Notes under the pieces: model-generated
Seen by the model: only the letters and a program-made list of their open reading frames with translations
What the model was told of the DNA's origin: nothing
Databases searched by the model: none
Translations under genes and position numbers: made by a program
Part shown: positions 1-13,614 of the stretch, one piece after another
How the letters are laid out: each line of letters opens with the position of its first letter
Position numbering within the stretch: position 1 is the stretch's first letter
Source of the DNA: Octopus vulgaris
Taxonomy: Eukaryota
Length of the DNA stretch: 64,000 nt
NCBI GenBank assembly: GCA_951406725.2
Contig: OX597821.1
Coordinates: forward strand, 8,680,001-8,744,000
Direction: 5' to 3'

Positions 1-38
1 ATATGTATATATGTATATATATATATATATACAAACAT

Positions 39-102
<64 letters not shown>

Positions 103-556
103 CAAATATATATATATATGTATGCTTATACACATATACATACACTCTTGCACACACAAATACACTTATACGCACTCAGATACAAAGTATGAGAACATAC
201 ATGATATTGGATTTCTTGACAGGTTCTTTTATGTATATGGCAATATAAGAATCATAATTATGCGTTGAACATAGTCCAGAAAAATGCAATAACATACAAT
301 TCCATAAATACACACACACACACACACATACACCACATAAAAACACGCGCACTTCCTTTTGCCTTTTTTATATATATTTACAAATATAGCTGCTGACACG
401 GACACATATATACATGCATGCATACACACACAGGCACACGGACACACAGATACACACACATATATTTAAACATGTGTGTGTGTGTGTATGTATTTATATT
501 TATGTGTATACATGTTTATCACTCTACCTATCTCTCCTATCTCTTTCTCTCCCACA

Positions 557-588
<32 letters not shown>

Positions 589-721
589 ATATATACATAT
601 AAACACATACACACAGACACACACACATATAGATAGGTAGATAGATAGATACGCATTTCAATATATGTAATTATGTATAAGCGTATATATATTTATTTAC
701 ATATACATATATGTGTGTGTA

Positions 722-780
<59 letters not shown>

Positions 781-792
781 GTATATATATGA

Positions 793-883
<91 letters not shown>

Positions 884-915
884 TATTATATGTGTGCATG
901 CGTGTGCGTGTGCGT
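1..915. repeat. Compound (TA)n/(CA)n microsatellite field
   Basis: Long TA tracts (e.g. ~720-870) interleaved with CA/TG; overlapping ORFs are YIYI/THTH artefacts. Confidence 0.95.
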
Positions 916-1806
916 AATCTTTAGTCTTCTTATTGGCTTAAGATATGATGAAGTTTATTTTCGTCTTTTCACTCCAAGGAGATAATCTTTGCGGTAACAA
1001 GAACAACAGCAACATTGGTAGCAGCAGCAGCAGCAGCCGCAGCAGCAGCAGTAACACTACTACCAACTCCACCACCACAACCACTTGCAGCAACAGTAAG
1101 AAAAAAACAGAACTAATATAAAAAAATACAATCAACACGAATACAATGTAAAACTCACTATTGCAAGTTTATTATAAGCTTTATAAATTTTTTTTACGCC
1201 TATCTAGTCATATTATATATAGATACTTTCAAATATGCATGAGGAGACAGACATTCGCTCACGAATATCAAATACACATATATACATAGATACATATGCA
1301 CGCATGCACGTACACATACACTCAAATCTAGGTACACACACAAATGCATACACATGTGCGCATCTGAGTGCGATTATATATATATATATATATATACACA
1401 ATGCGTGTTTGTGTGTGTGTGTACGTGCGTGTATCTGTGCGTGCTTGTATATGCATGTGCATGTAAGTTTGTACATATATTCATAGTGCTTTTCGCCATA
1501 TACTAATGCCAAATATTACTATTTAGGGACGGTCATTTTGTCAACGAAACGCACGACCTGGCTGTATGTCACTTCTTTTTGTAATAATGATTTCTTGATT
1601 TCCGAAAGACTTCCTATACACAACCCAAAATTTTCAGTGTATTCTCCGCATCCTCTTTCACTTTACATTTGATAATTATATGGATCTTGATGATGCTGTG
1701 TGTGTGTGTATGAGGGGGTGGTATTTGTGTTTCATTTAATTAATTATTTCCCTGTTTCCCTTCGCCCTTACCTCTGTCTCCCACTGTCTCTTTTCCTCTG
1801 TCTCAC

Positions 1807-1874
<68 letters not shown>

Positions 1875-1884
1875 ATATATACAA

Positions 1885-2400
1885 CTATGAGAGAGAATCC
1901 ACTATATGGACGCTCTTACGCTCGATATAGATCCGCAAAGGGACTCAACCACTGAGAATTGTTCTCAAGAAATAATTCAACACACCAAGAACGTCAGCGA
2001 GCAGGACGAATGAAAAATAACGAAAATATAGATTAACCCCATACAATTGTTTCACCGTTAATAAATTATGTAATTTTACTTACATAACTATCCTCGGATC
2101 ATCAGTGGAGTACGTCATAAAAATATAATTTGTCGAACTGCACGTCAACTATTAACACGAGGTCAGAGAGACGAACAGTTCGGCCGATTAATTTCACAGT
2201 TACATTCAAATGCTCTCGTTCTGGCGCGCTAAATTACCGGAAATAAATACTGCATAAGTAATTTACTGCAGTAGTTTACGCCGGTTTGAGAACATATTAA
2301 TTTATAATTAAAGTCAAAATGAGGGTGAAAAAATTGGATATTAATTTAATAACGTCAAGTTAAACACCAGTGGCCTAGCGTATAAAAGACTGACTTTAAG
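1885..2400 (-). mobile_element. Short non-coding hammerhead-bearing element (PLE pLTR-derived or retrozyme-like) between two (TA)n tracts
   Basis: ~515-bp complex-sequence island bounded by (TA)n; contains the hammerhead motif at 2036-2111; no ORF. Confidence 0.55.
2036..2111 (-). ncRNA. Minimal type-I hammerhead ribozyme motif
   Basis: Minus strand: ACTCCA-CTGATGA-TCCG...(TTATGTAA/TTACATAA hairpin)...CGGT-GAAAC-AATT-GTA-TGGGGT. Stem I ACTCCA/TGGGGT, intact core, palindromic stem III ACAATTGT, GUA cleavage triplet; first stem II pair is a T-T mismatch. Confidence 0.75.
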
Positions 2401-2447
<47 letters not shown>

Positions 2448-2555
2448 CACACATATATATATATATGTATATATGTATATATATATATATATATATATAC
2501 ATACATATACACACACACGCACACGCACACACACACATGTATATATAAATTCAGT

Positions 2556-3705
2556 AGATTCCGCCCCACCAGGCCACAGAGGGGAAGACCACCCACCATC
2601 ACCTCAGCAGTAAAGAAAAGCACCGCAGTGCTCTGGAGTGGCTGGACCGTACCTACCCAAGACCCTGAGAACAACAATCAGGTGAAAGGAATTATTGCAC
2701 ATCCCATATAGGCAACGTAAGAGCCACCTTGAAGACCCACATAATAAAGTTTAACACGAAACTATACATACAAGTTCATGGTGAAGCCATTATTGTCAGT
2801 ATAGCTGGAGATGTGGCCAGCCTCTTCGTGACCTGGTGGGACATAAAACTTAAGCAACCATAGGCAGAACATTCCACAACTCTTTTACTTTACAGTACGT
2901 ATGTAGACGACATTAATATCTTAGTTAAGACCAACTCTAGTAACGGTAACGTAGAAACTGAGAGGCTCATAATGGAGAGCATTATGAGAGGATCATAATG
3001 GAGAGCAAAGTAACAGGGTAACTATAGATTACCCCACTAGGCACCCCAACAATAGACTCCCCTTTCTTGGTACTGAACTGTGGTTAGAGACTGTGAACAA
3101 CAGAGTGAAGCTCCTCCAGTCCTATTACATGAAACCTATAGCTTCGAAATATGTTGTTCACAAGAACTCAGCTTCGTCACACCATGAAACTTACTGATAG
3201 CAGATTTAGTTAACATAATGAACAACGTGTCGCCACTATGCAAATCATATGGAACGAAAGATACTGTACAGAACTTCATGCACCGCATGCAATTCTCTGG
3301 ATATGATCAGAAAGATAAGGTTCGAGTATAGAGGGGTGCTAGAAAGAAGTTAGATAACATTATATGTAATGAAACCTGTGGTACCTGCCCTAGATGTAGG
3401 AGCAAAAGCTGGACTAGAATACAAAGAGCTTGTGACAAAGCAAATAGGGTGACACGTGCTACAAAATCGATAAATATCAAGAGTGATGTTTGAAGAGGCC
3501 ACAGCCCACGGAGAACTAGCTCGTAGATTTAGGAAAACTCTGAAGGAGACTAAAATCGATATTAAGATTGTTTAAAAGCCAGGGAACTCCATCAGATCAC
3601 AACTATGTAGGACGTACCCCTTTGGGAGTACCATATGCACCAATGATAACTGCATCGAATGTAGGATTAACCCTGGCATTAACAGTAGAGCTACAAAAGT
3701 AAATG
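2556..3705 (+). mobile_element. Degenerate Penelope-like retroelement RT-thumb-linker remnant
   Basis: Through stops/frameshifts: THIIKFNTKLYIQVHGEAIIVSIAGDVASLFVTWWD, YSTYVDDINI (YVDD 2900-2911), NRLPFLGTELW, YYMKPIASKYVVHKNSA, linker CTNDNCIEC; breaks off before the GIY-YIG domain. Confidence 0.85.
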
Positions 3706-3739
3706 AGTGGAAACTTTACCGGTGAGTGTGTTAAATAAT

Positions 3740-4135
3740 CTTTTATACTATAGGCAAAAAAACCTGAAATTTGGGGGAGGGGGTAATCGATTACATCGAT
3801 CGCAGTGTTTTACTGGTACATAATTTATTGACCCCGAAATGACGGAAGGCAAGGTCGACCTCAGCGGAATTTGAACTCAAAACGTTGCGACAGGCAAAAT
3901 ACCTATTTCTTTACTACCCACAAGGGGCTAAACACAGAGAGGACAAACAATGACAGACAAACGGATTAACTCGATTATATCTACCCCAGTGCGTAACTGG
4001 TACTTATTTAATCGACCCCAAAAGGATGAAAGGCAAAGTCGACCTCGGCGGAATTCGAACTCAGAACGTAGCGGCAGAAGAAATACCGCTCAACATTTCG
4101 GCTGGCGTGCTAACGATTTTACCAGCTCACCGCAT
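3740..4135 (-). mobile_element. tRNA-derived SINE family B, composite/dimeric copy
   Basis: Matches full copy at 47830-48059; second body has a different tail; 17-bp TSD TGAGTGTGTTAAATAAT at 3723-3739 and 4136-4152. Confidence 0.9.
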
Positions 4136-4259
4136 TGAGTGTGTTAAATAATAAGGCACTAAAAGAGAATGACTCTCCCCAGACACAACAATAAGTATGT
4201 ATGTATGTATGTATGTATGTATGTATGTATGTATGTATGTATGTGTGTATGTATGTATG

Positions 4260-4324
<65 letters not shown>

Positions 4325-4327
<3 letters not shown>

Positions 4328-4546
4328 CGTGGCTGTGTGGTAAGATGCTTGCCTCCCAATCTTATAGATTCGGGGTCGTATATGTATGTATATGTGTATA
4401 TATATTTATGTGTGTGTCTGAGTTTGTTCCCCACCAACCATCGCTTTTCAACTGATCTTTGTGTGATTACGTCCCCGTAAACTAGTGGTTCGGCAAAGAC
4501 ACCGATAAAATAAGTAGCAGGCTGACAAAGAACACGTCCACGGGGC
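4325..4546 (+). mobile_element. SINE family A, internally deleted copy
   Basis: Head GTGGCTGTGTGGTAAG joined directly to the internal microsatellite and 3' half; compare 33671-34106. Confidence 0.8.
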
Positions 4547-4574
4547 ACATCCGAATATCATCTCTTGATAAGAA

Positions 4575-4700
4575 GAAACACCGGAAGCGGCTCAAATGAC
4601 TGAGCGACCAGCCAAAAGTTTATCTCATCGATAGAATAAGAAAGCATGTGGACCGCTGGAAGAAGTTCATCGAAAAGCAAGGAGAGTATGGCGAAATATA
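4575..4700 (+). mobile_element. mariner transposase C-terminal fragment
   Basis: LSDQPKVYLIDRIRKHVDRWKKFIEKQGEY, like the mariner terminal RW.KCI...GEY motif. Confidence 0.7.
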
Positions 4701-4704
4701 TATA

Positions 4705-5654
4705 CACAAACATGACAGAGGTAAATAGATACCATTATAATCATTATATTTACCCTTTAATGTTTAGTAGATTTACCTTTTGCCATTTTCAATGCAAGGA
4801 TCCTATTAGGCAAGCTACTGATCAGTTGACGAACATTGTATTGAGGAATTTCTGGCCTGGGTTCAAGCAGTAATCTCAAAAGATCTGTCTATGGGAATGC
4901 TTTCTTGTTCTTTTTACGAAGTGTTCTGTTCATTATGCCCCAGAGATGTTCAATATCTGGTAACTGGCTTAAGCATGGAAGCTTTTTAATGCCATTCTCT
5001 GCCAGCCAATCTTGGGTCGTTTTAGCCGTTTGACAAGGATTCCTATCTTCCATAAATAAAGAGTCTTTTTTAATCATTTCACCGCAGAAGATTCGAAGGA
5101 ATCCTTTCTGCAATGTGAACACATATTTGTCTGAATATATGTTTCTCTCTATCTCACTGGCCCAATCTATTCTCCGCTTGATATTGGTAGTTCGGAGATA
5201 TTGCTTCCTTCTTGCAGCTCTACCATAGTAACCAAGTCTATGGAGATATCTGACAACTGCTCTGGGACTAACATCAAATTGTTCTGCTATGTCAGAGGCC
5301 TTGAGACGAGGATTATCCTCTACACTTCTCTTAAAAAAGTGAAGGGTCTTGTCAGACGGCTCTGGTAAACATGGGCGAAGTGATGTTGACTCTTCCCCCT
5401 CTCTGGTGAATTGCTCTATCACTCTACTAACTGTAGAAAGCGGGATCCCAAGGTTTCCTGCGATTCTACTCTGATTAAGTCCATCTTCAGATTGACCCAC
5501 AATATGGCCTCTTTGAAATTCGTACTTGTATTAGACAGTCACATATAGCACCTGAAAAAGAATGTCAATTAATAAAAAACATAAACGTTTTCAAGTTAAA
5601 ATAAACATAAAACGATGTTCTATGGGCTGTCTATTTACTTCTGTCATGTCTATG
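4705..5654 (-). mobile_element. Tc1-like DNA transposon, internally deleted, with TIRs and TA duplication
   Basis: ORF 4889-5500 has HTH (SRIAGNLGIPLSTVSRVI), GRAARRK, degenerate FMEDRNPCQ and PDIEHLW; TIRs CACAAACATGACAGAGGTAAATAG (4705-4728) and CTATTTACTTCTGTCATGTCTATG (5631-5654), each flanked by TA. Confidence 0.9.
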
Positions 5655-5664
5655 TATTCCTTAC

Positions 5665-6402
5665 TTTGCAGTGCTTCGTCCCTGTTCGTCGATCTTTGCG
5701 ATTCTTGAAACGACGGAAAGCATGATTCCGCAAAATTCTGTTTTCTGCTGGGGAAAATGGCGGCTGAAACAATTGTCATGCTTCTAATAGCTTACAAGGG
5801 CGTTGCCATGAGCAAAACACAAATTTATTAGTGATTTTCACGCTTTATTAATGGTCACTAGACGCTTGAAGACCAACCCCGTTTAGGGCGTCCGACGACC
5901 TCTCGAACGAATGAAAACATAAAAATCCATGAACTTATCTTCGAGGACCGTCACTGAACAATTGACGAACTTGTTTATATGACCGGTGTGTCCCTGAGCT
6001 CCTGCCAACGAATTTTGAGCGATGAATTACAAATGAAAAGAGGTGTAGCAAAATTTGTGGCTCATTTGCTCACGGAAGCTCATAAGCAGTCACGACTGAA
6101 TGCATGTCTTGAAATGAAAAAAACAGCTGTAAGTTGTACCGGACCTGTTTTGAAGGTCATCACTGGTGTCAAAATCTGATGCTACGAAATTTGCAGATGT
6201 GTAAGAGAAGAAAAAACGACGGAGGCGTTAAAAGGCATCACTCTGTAAGAGTTCCAGCATTGCTTCGAACAGTGGAAAACGCGTATGGACCGGAGCATTG
6301 CTTCAAATGGTGAATACTGTGAAAGCAATACAAGTGTAAAAATGTCAAACTAAGGGAACAAAATAATATTGCGAAATTCTTGTTTCTTTTGGGTACACCC
6401 TC
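5665..6402 (+). mobile_element. mariner deletion derivative, copy 1
   Basis: KFCFLLGKMAAETIVML, SSCQRILSDELQMKRGVAKFVAHLLT, KVITG, then a jump to EFQHCFEQWKTR; right TIR TTCTTTTGGGTACACCCTCATA. Confidence 0.85.
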
Positions 6403-6481
6403 ATATACATATATAGATATATTTAAACATTAATCATTCAATACGCATGGAAGATAAGTTTTTTAACTGCTCTTCTCCATC

Positions 6482-6524
<43 letters not shown>

Positions 6525-6764
6525 CAATGATAAATCTCAGAGCGAGTTATAAACAGTAGCGGTAACACATCGTGTTGCATATTTGCCATTTGAATATGGC
6601 TAACCCATAAGGGTGGATGCTACTGTAGTTTGTAGCCCCAGGAAGATATCTCCTCCAGCTGGCTATAGACACACTATCTGTGTCCTGTCAGTATTTGAAG
6701 AGATTTGAAGTGTGTCAGTATTTGAAGTGTGAAAATGCAGTTGAAGTGCAAAAACAGTTAAAGT

Positions 6765-6788
6765 ATGCATACATTTTTTGGGGACACC

Positions 6789-6793
<5 letters not shown>
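6765..6793. mobile_element. Isolated Tc1/mariner-type terminal inverted repeat end
   Basis: GCATACATTTTTTGGGGACACCCTGTA, reverse complement of a TACAGGGTGTCCCC-type terminus, abutting (TA)n. Confidence 0.55.
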
Positions 6794-6853
<60 letters not shown>

Positions 6854-7374
6854 CCGAAATTACTACGATGATCCGGTTCTTGACTGAAGACTGAGGGTTT
6901 CGAATGTCCTGTCCGTGTTTATTGTGTCGTCTTCTAAGAGTTATACGTTCTTGTCCATGTTGTATTTTTCTACATACCTTAATATATATATAATACATAC
7001 ATACATACATACATATATATATATATATAATGTTGGTTAGTGATACCAGGATTTTGTATACTTGAATAATTCCGGCATTGATCTGGAACCCGACAGTGTT
7101 GATAGCCTAGTATTCGAGTTGAGTGCTTCTCTGCAAATACATTATGTTTATACACCACCAAGACCTAAAATTAAACACACACACACACACACAAATACAC
7201 ATACACACACACGCACGCACGTACCCCAGTACACACACATACACTTAAATACTAAATAACGACAAACGTGTTTATGTCATAGTTCCTGCAGGCGTTTCTC
7301 TATTACAGTTGTTTGGAGCTTTGCAATTCGTATTGCAAGTGCATTTAGATTCACAACCACACCGAATCTCTCTC

Positions 7375-7583
7375 TCTTTACTCTCTTTTACTTGTTTCAG
7401 TCATCCGACTGCGGCCATGCTGGAGCACCGTCTTCAGTCGGGAAACTCGACGCCGGGACTCATTCTTTGTAAGCCTAGTACTTATTCTATCGGTCTCTTT
7501 TGCCAAACCGCTAAGTGACGGGGACGTAAACACACCAGCATCGGTTGTCAAGCAATGCTAGGAGGACAAACACAGACACACAA

Positions 7584-7620
<37 letters not shown>

Positions 7621-7791
7621 CATATATACGACAGGCTTCTTTCAGTTTCCGTCTACCAAATCCACTCACAAGGCATTGGTCGGCCCGGGGCTATAGCAGA
7701 AGACACTTGCCCAAGATGCCACGCAGTGGGACTGAACCCGGAACCATGTGGTTGGTTAGCAAGCTACTTACCACACAGTCACTCCTGCGCC
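7375..7791 (-). mobile_element. SINE family A, full length
   Basis: Sense head GGCGCAGGAGTG...A box, GGTTCAGTCCC B-box-like, internal (TA)/(CA) tract, 3' end GGTGCTCCAGCATGGCCGCAGTC...GAAACAAGTAAAAGAG. Confidence 0.95.
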
Positions 7792-8621
7792 TATTAACTT
7801 ATGCATAGTTATATCCAAAGTTGGATAGGTGGTGAGGCGGCACTCTAAGTATCACTTTACCAGTCCTACATCTATTTGTACAGGAATTTCTAATATGTGT
7901 GTGAGTGTGTGTTTGTATGTGCGAGCCTGCGTGTGCATGTGTGTGTGCGTGCGTATGGTGTCTATGTGTGTGTTTGTATTTATGTGCATGTGTATTATAA
8001 AACTTAAGATGTACTCTTCGATAAGAGTACGGGACTAAACTATTTCATCTATCTCTCTTCCTAGGATCTTTAGGATGTAAATTATACCTAGAAGTTTAGA
8101 TGAATTTGTATACACTTATGTTGGGTCTCTTTCTTATTTTTCATTCCTTTAACAGCAAAGTGTAGAGAACCTGGTCGGCATTGAACTCACGATCTTATAT
8201 ATTTTGTCTTCTTACAAAACTGTATAAACCTCTCTTTGAATTATGAGTAAATTTAGTTAATATTGTCATGGTCAGTAATTTCAGACGTCGAGATTAATGT
8301 CTGTCACTGAATTGCTAAATAACTACAAATAACTACAATGATATCGAATTTGAAAAGATCCCGTTGAATATATATATATATATATATATATACAAAATAA
8401 GAAAATGGAGAAATACATCTAAATCATTTATCAACTACCAGATAATACCCAATCACATACTTTATTAAACCACTGCATAAGAACATTAGGGTTATACATA
8501 AAAATATATAACAAAACAGCGTACATGAATGAGTAATACAATACAATAAGTACAATCATTATAAGAGGGTATAAATAAATAAATATAAATAGATATAAAT
8601 ATATATATATATATATACACA

Positions 8622-8687
<66 letters not shown>

Positions 8688-8689
8688 AC

Positions 8690-8880
8690 CGGCTTGATAA
8701 CCGGTGTTGGTGTTTATGCCTCCGTAACTTAGAGCAGTTTGGCAAAAATTTGATTGAATAAGTACCAGGCTTAAAAAGTGCATAAGTACCAGGGTCGATT
8801 CATTCGAGTAAAAATACTGCAACGCGGTGGCCCAGTATGGCCGCAGCCTAACGATTGATACAACTATGGTATAAAAGTTA
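8690..8880 (+). mobile_element. SINE family A, diverged 3' half
   Basis: CCGTAACTTAG...AATAAGTACCAGG...GCGGTGGCCCAGTATGGCCGCAG. Confidence 0.75.
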
Positions 8881-9027
8881 AAAGATCCAAATCAGTCACA
8901 ACAGTCTAGCACCAAGTGACCATTTAAATTCTAAAGCATTAACACTTGTAATCTGGAACGAGAATTTATTAAACATTCATTGCTACAAAGGACAGATTTT
9001 TCTTTTTTTTTTTCCTCTTTACGTACC

Positions 9028-9439
9028 TATTTCTTTATTATCCACAAGGGGCTAAACACAGAGGGGACAAACAAGGACAGACATAGGTATTAAGTCGATT
9101 ACATCGATCCCAGTGCTTAACTGGTACTTAATTTATCGAACCCGAAAGGATGAAAGGCAAAATCGACCTCGGCGGAATTTGAACTCAGAACGTAACGCAG
9201 ACGAAATACCTATTTCTTTACTACCCACAAGGGGCTAAACACAGAGGGGACAAACAAGGACAGACGTAGGTATTAAGTCGATTACATCGACCCCAGTGCG
9301 TAACTGGTACTTAATTTATCGACCTCGAAAGGATGAAAGGCAAAGTCAACCTCGGCGGAATTTGAACTCACAACGTAACGCAGACGAAATACCGCTAAAC
9401 ATTTCGCCCGGCGTGCTAACGTTTCTGCCAGCTCGCCTG
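9028..9439 (-). mobile_element. SINE family B, head plus two tandem bodies
   Basis: ~181-bp body repeated in tandem; 10-bp TSD TTTACGTACC at 9018-9027 and 9440-9449. Confidence 0.92.
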
Positions 9440-9956
9440 TTTACGTACCACTTCAATTTCATCTGGGACTATGGTGCTGGCATGATTGTGTGCTTAAGAA
9501 ATTTGTTTTGCTATATCTTAGTATCAGATTTGACCCAGCAGCGGAACACCATGGCAACTACTCCTAATATAGAATCGAGTCGAGTGAAATTAATTGCGTG
9601 AAATTTATAAATGGAAAGCGTGGAATCTCAGTTCGTGGAAGTCCGTTCTTTTGTGACAGACTACCTCACTGTCTTTTTTGGTACTTTTAATGGAGTACAC
9701 TCCATTGAAAACTTTTACGTCTTTCCGCTCTTAAAATAAGTCCCCTTCCTTCTCTCCCAATTCTTAGAAGCCCTGACAAACGGTACAGTTGTTGCCCTGG
9801 CTCCCGCTACTATTCAATAAATATGGAAATAATAAATAACTTCATACCGTGTCTTTACATATATTCGATATATGGGAGTTCTGGGGTATTTTTGGACTGT
9901 GGTATCGGCATCTCCATCAATACATTGCCAACCATTTAAAAATGATGACGACAACT

Positions 9957-10370
9957 CTCTTTTACTCTTTTACTCTTTTACTTGTTTCAGTCATTCGACT
10001 GCGGCCATGCTGGAGCACCGCCTTTAATCGAGCAACTCGACCCCGGGACTTATTCTTTGTAAGCCCAGTACTTATTCTATCGGTCTCTTTTGCCGAACCG
10101 CTAAGTAACGGGGACATAAACACACCAGCAGCGGTTGTCAAGCAATGCTAGGAGGACAAACACAGACACATACACACGCATATATATATATATATATACA
10201 TACATACATACATACGACGGGCTTCTTTCAGTTTCTGTCTACCAAATCCACTCACAAGGCATTGGTCGGCCTGAGGCTATAGTAGAAGACACTTGCCCAA
10301 GGTGCCACGCAGTGGGACTGAACCCGGAACCATGTGGTTAGTAAACAAGCTACTTACCACAGAGCCACTC
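9957..10370 (-). mobile_element. SINE family A, near full length
   Basis: High identity to 7375-7791 and 18433-18833; (TAAAAGAG)n tail. Confidence 0.95.
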
Positions 10371-10592
10371 TACTACGTAATTAGAGTTTGAAAAACACAG
10401 TCGTGATTTGAACTCAGAAATGCGACGCAAAGAAATATATTGTTGTTTCTTGCGTCGCTTGTTTTCTTCCTTTTTTCTCCCACCCAACTTTCCCGTACTG
10501 CACACACCCCCACAGGCATATACACAAATACACATTCTTAAATCTTGAAAATCTTCGAGCTGATATTGATAAATACATAGCCACGCTCACAC

Positions 10593-10663
<71 letters not shown>

Positions 10664-10804
10664 ATTTACTGACGAGCATAGATATATGTATAAATTCATA
10701 GATAAATATACACACACATATATATTATAAAAAATGTATATATTGTATATAAAAAATAAATACGTAGACACACATACGTATATATATTTTATATATATAT
10801 ACAT

Positions 10805-10857
<53 letters not shown>

Positions 10858-11021
10858 AAAAATAGTTACACGCATATCTAGACCTACACCACATACACTT
10901 ACACACGCAACAAACACACGCATGCGCACGCATGCACAGACATATACGTATACACACATATATACATACATATATACACATATATGTGTGTGTGTGTGCA
11001 TGTATGTATATATATATATAT

Positions 11022-11118
<97 letters not shown>

Positions 11119-11484
11119 ATATATATATATATTGTGTGTGTGTGATTATTTGTGCGTGAGTATGTGTATGTGTACATACATATGACTATGAATGTATGTA
11201 TATATGTGTGCACACTCCCATTTCCTATATTTTTAGAACATAATCTTATGATTCTATTTTGCAAAGAGTATTATCAAATGTCGACGCTCTTCAAAAGATT
11301 GAAGAAATAACAGATATGGTCACAACAACACAATCTTCTGCTGAAATCCTTAGAATCTTGGTTAAGATACTGTAAAATCAAACAAGAGAACAAGATGAAG
11401 ATATAAACAGAACAGAAGAGAATCGAAGAGATTTGCTGGAGGGGAAAAACAGGATAGGTAATAGGAGAAAAAGAAACAAAGGCG

Positions 11485-11690
11485 ATGGTGGCGATGGTGG
11501 TGTTGATTGTGTATGGTGACGGTGGTGTTTGTTGTGTTGGTGATGATGACGATAACGACGATGATGATGATGATGATGATGATGATAATGATAATGATGA
11601 TGATGTTGAAAGTGGTGATGGCGGCGGTGATGGTAGTGCGGGTGGTGTTGATTGTGATTGTGGCGGTGGTGTTTGTTGTGTTGGTGATGA

Positions 11691-11723
<33 letters not shown>

Positions 11724-11732
11724 TGATGATGG

Positions 11733-11770
<38 letters not shown>

Positions 11771-12005
11771 TTGAAAGTGGTGATGGCGGCGGTGATGGTA
11801 GTGCAGGTGGTGATGGTTGTGGTTGTGGTGGTGGTGGTGATGGTGTTGTTGATGGTGCTGGGGCTGTCGATGATAATGATGATGAAAACGATAAGATGGT
11901 GATCATGGGATGATAATATAACGACGGTGGCTGAGATGTCGAAGCCAACGACGTCGACCGTGGCTACGACCATTGCTGTGATGGCGACGACGACAATAAT
12001 GATGA
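11485..12005. repeat. (GAT)n/(GGT)n/(GAC)n low-complexity block with a higher-order ~144-bp duplication
   Basis: Unit starting GGTGGTGTTTGTTGTGTTGG at 11521 recurs at 11665, including the unique GTTGAAAGTGGTGATGGCGGCGG. Confidence 0.9.
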
Positions 12006-12233
12006 TAGAAACAAGCACCAGATTAAAACAGGAACTACAGGAAGAAATATATGAATTAACATAGACAGAGAGAGGGAGAAAGAGAGAGAGAGAGAGAGGA
12101 AGAGAGAGAGAGACGAGAGAGAGAGACGAGAGAGAGAGAGATGATTGTGAAATATATCGACATATAAAGAAATGCGCATTGAGAGACACAGATAGAGATG
12201 GATAGAAAGATAGAGACAGAGAAAGAGGTAGAG

Positions 12234-12300
<67 letters not shown>

Positions 12301-12560
12301 TACAGAGAGGGAGAGAACGAGAGAGCTGGAGAAGGAAATGTAATGGAAGAGTGTGAATGGTAAAGTACTTTGTTAAACAGAAAGAAAAGTTGAATAGAAA
12401 ATATAGCGAAACTGCGAGATAAATAGATGTAGAATTAGATAGTGGGGATTGATAACAAACTTGAATCGATGAAGGCAAGATGCTTAGATGACCGAGGAAA
12501 CAAACACGATATGTATATATATATATATATATACATACATACATACACACACATATATAG

Positions 12561-12627
<67 letters not shown>

Positions 12628-12895
12628 CATGCATACATATATATGTGTGTGTATATTACATTATATCATATTATCTCCATATACACATGGGCGTGCTGTG
12701 TGCGTGTATATGCCTATACACGTTTTTGTGCGAGTATATATGTGTGCACGTATATACCGAAGAAGAGAATGAGCAGGAGTTACATGTATATGCATGTGTA
12801 CGTCCACTTGTAATATTTGTGGTATATAAAAAAATTATATACATAAGCGTACATACATGCATACACACATATATGTGTATATATCTATGTATATG

Positions 12896-12966
<71 letters not shown>

Positions 12967-13226
12967 CCATATATATGGATAGATAGATAGATAGATATCA
13001 TTTAGGTGGGTAGCTGCAGATGTGACTCATGTGCTTTGAATTCCATGCCAACGCACTTCCAATTATAGCTACAAATCTACTTACATGCTTCCGTAAATAT
13101 GCTCATACACATACACGTATATATATACATATACATACACACATACATACACATATTTGCATGATTTGAATATAGATGTGCGTATATATATATCCATACA
13201 CATATTTCATGAGTTGATGTGTGCGA

Positions 13227-13277
<51 letters not shown>

Positions 13278-13278
<1 letters not shown>

Positions 13279-13362
13279 CCGGACTAAACACATAAATGTG
13301 AAACAAGGTGGAATAAAGAGTACTCAAATACCAGAGGTAGAGTAATATGCTTTATTATAAAG
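13278..13362 (-). mobile_element. Terminal fragment of the hammerhead foldback family seen at 45405-45699
   Basis: CCGGACTAAACACATAAATGTGAAACAAGGTGGAA...GAGTACTCAAATAC...AGAGTAATATGCTTTATT is near the reverse complement of 45620-45699; both abut (TA)n at the same end. Confidence 0.8.
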
Positions 13363-13444
13363 TATCCAGAGAGGAGTGGACAGCGTGCTGTGACCAGCGG
13401 TGTCAAATGGACGCCTGACGGACTAGTCGGTCAAGGTGATCAAG

Positions 13445-13505
<61 letters not shown>

Positions 13506-13583
13506 GTATATATGTAGGTACATCTATATATATATATATATATATACACACACATATATATTTGTATATATATGTGTGCATGT

Positions 13584-13614
<31 letters not shown>

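Noticed and set aside
11274-12189. Ser/Pro-rich and Asp/Gly-rich ORFs
   Set aside because: Trinucleotide low-complexity DNA open in several frames on both strands; no domain or splice support
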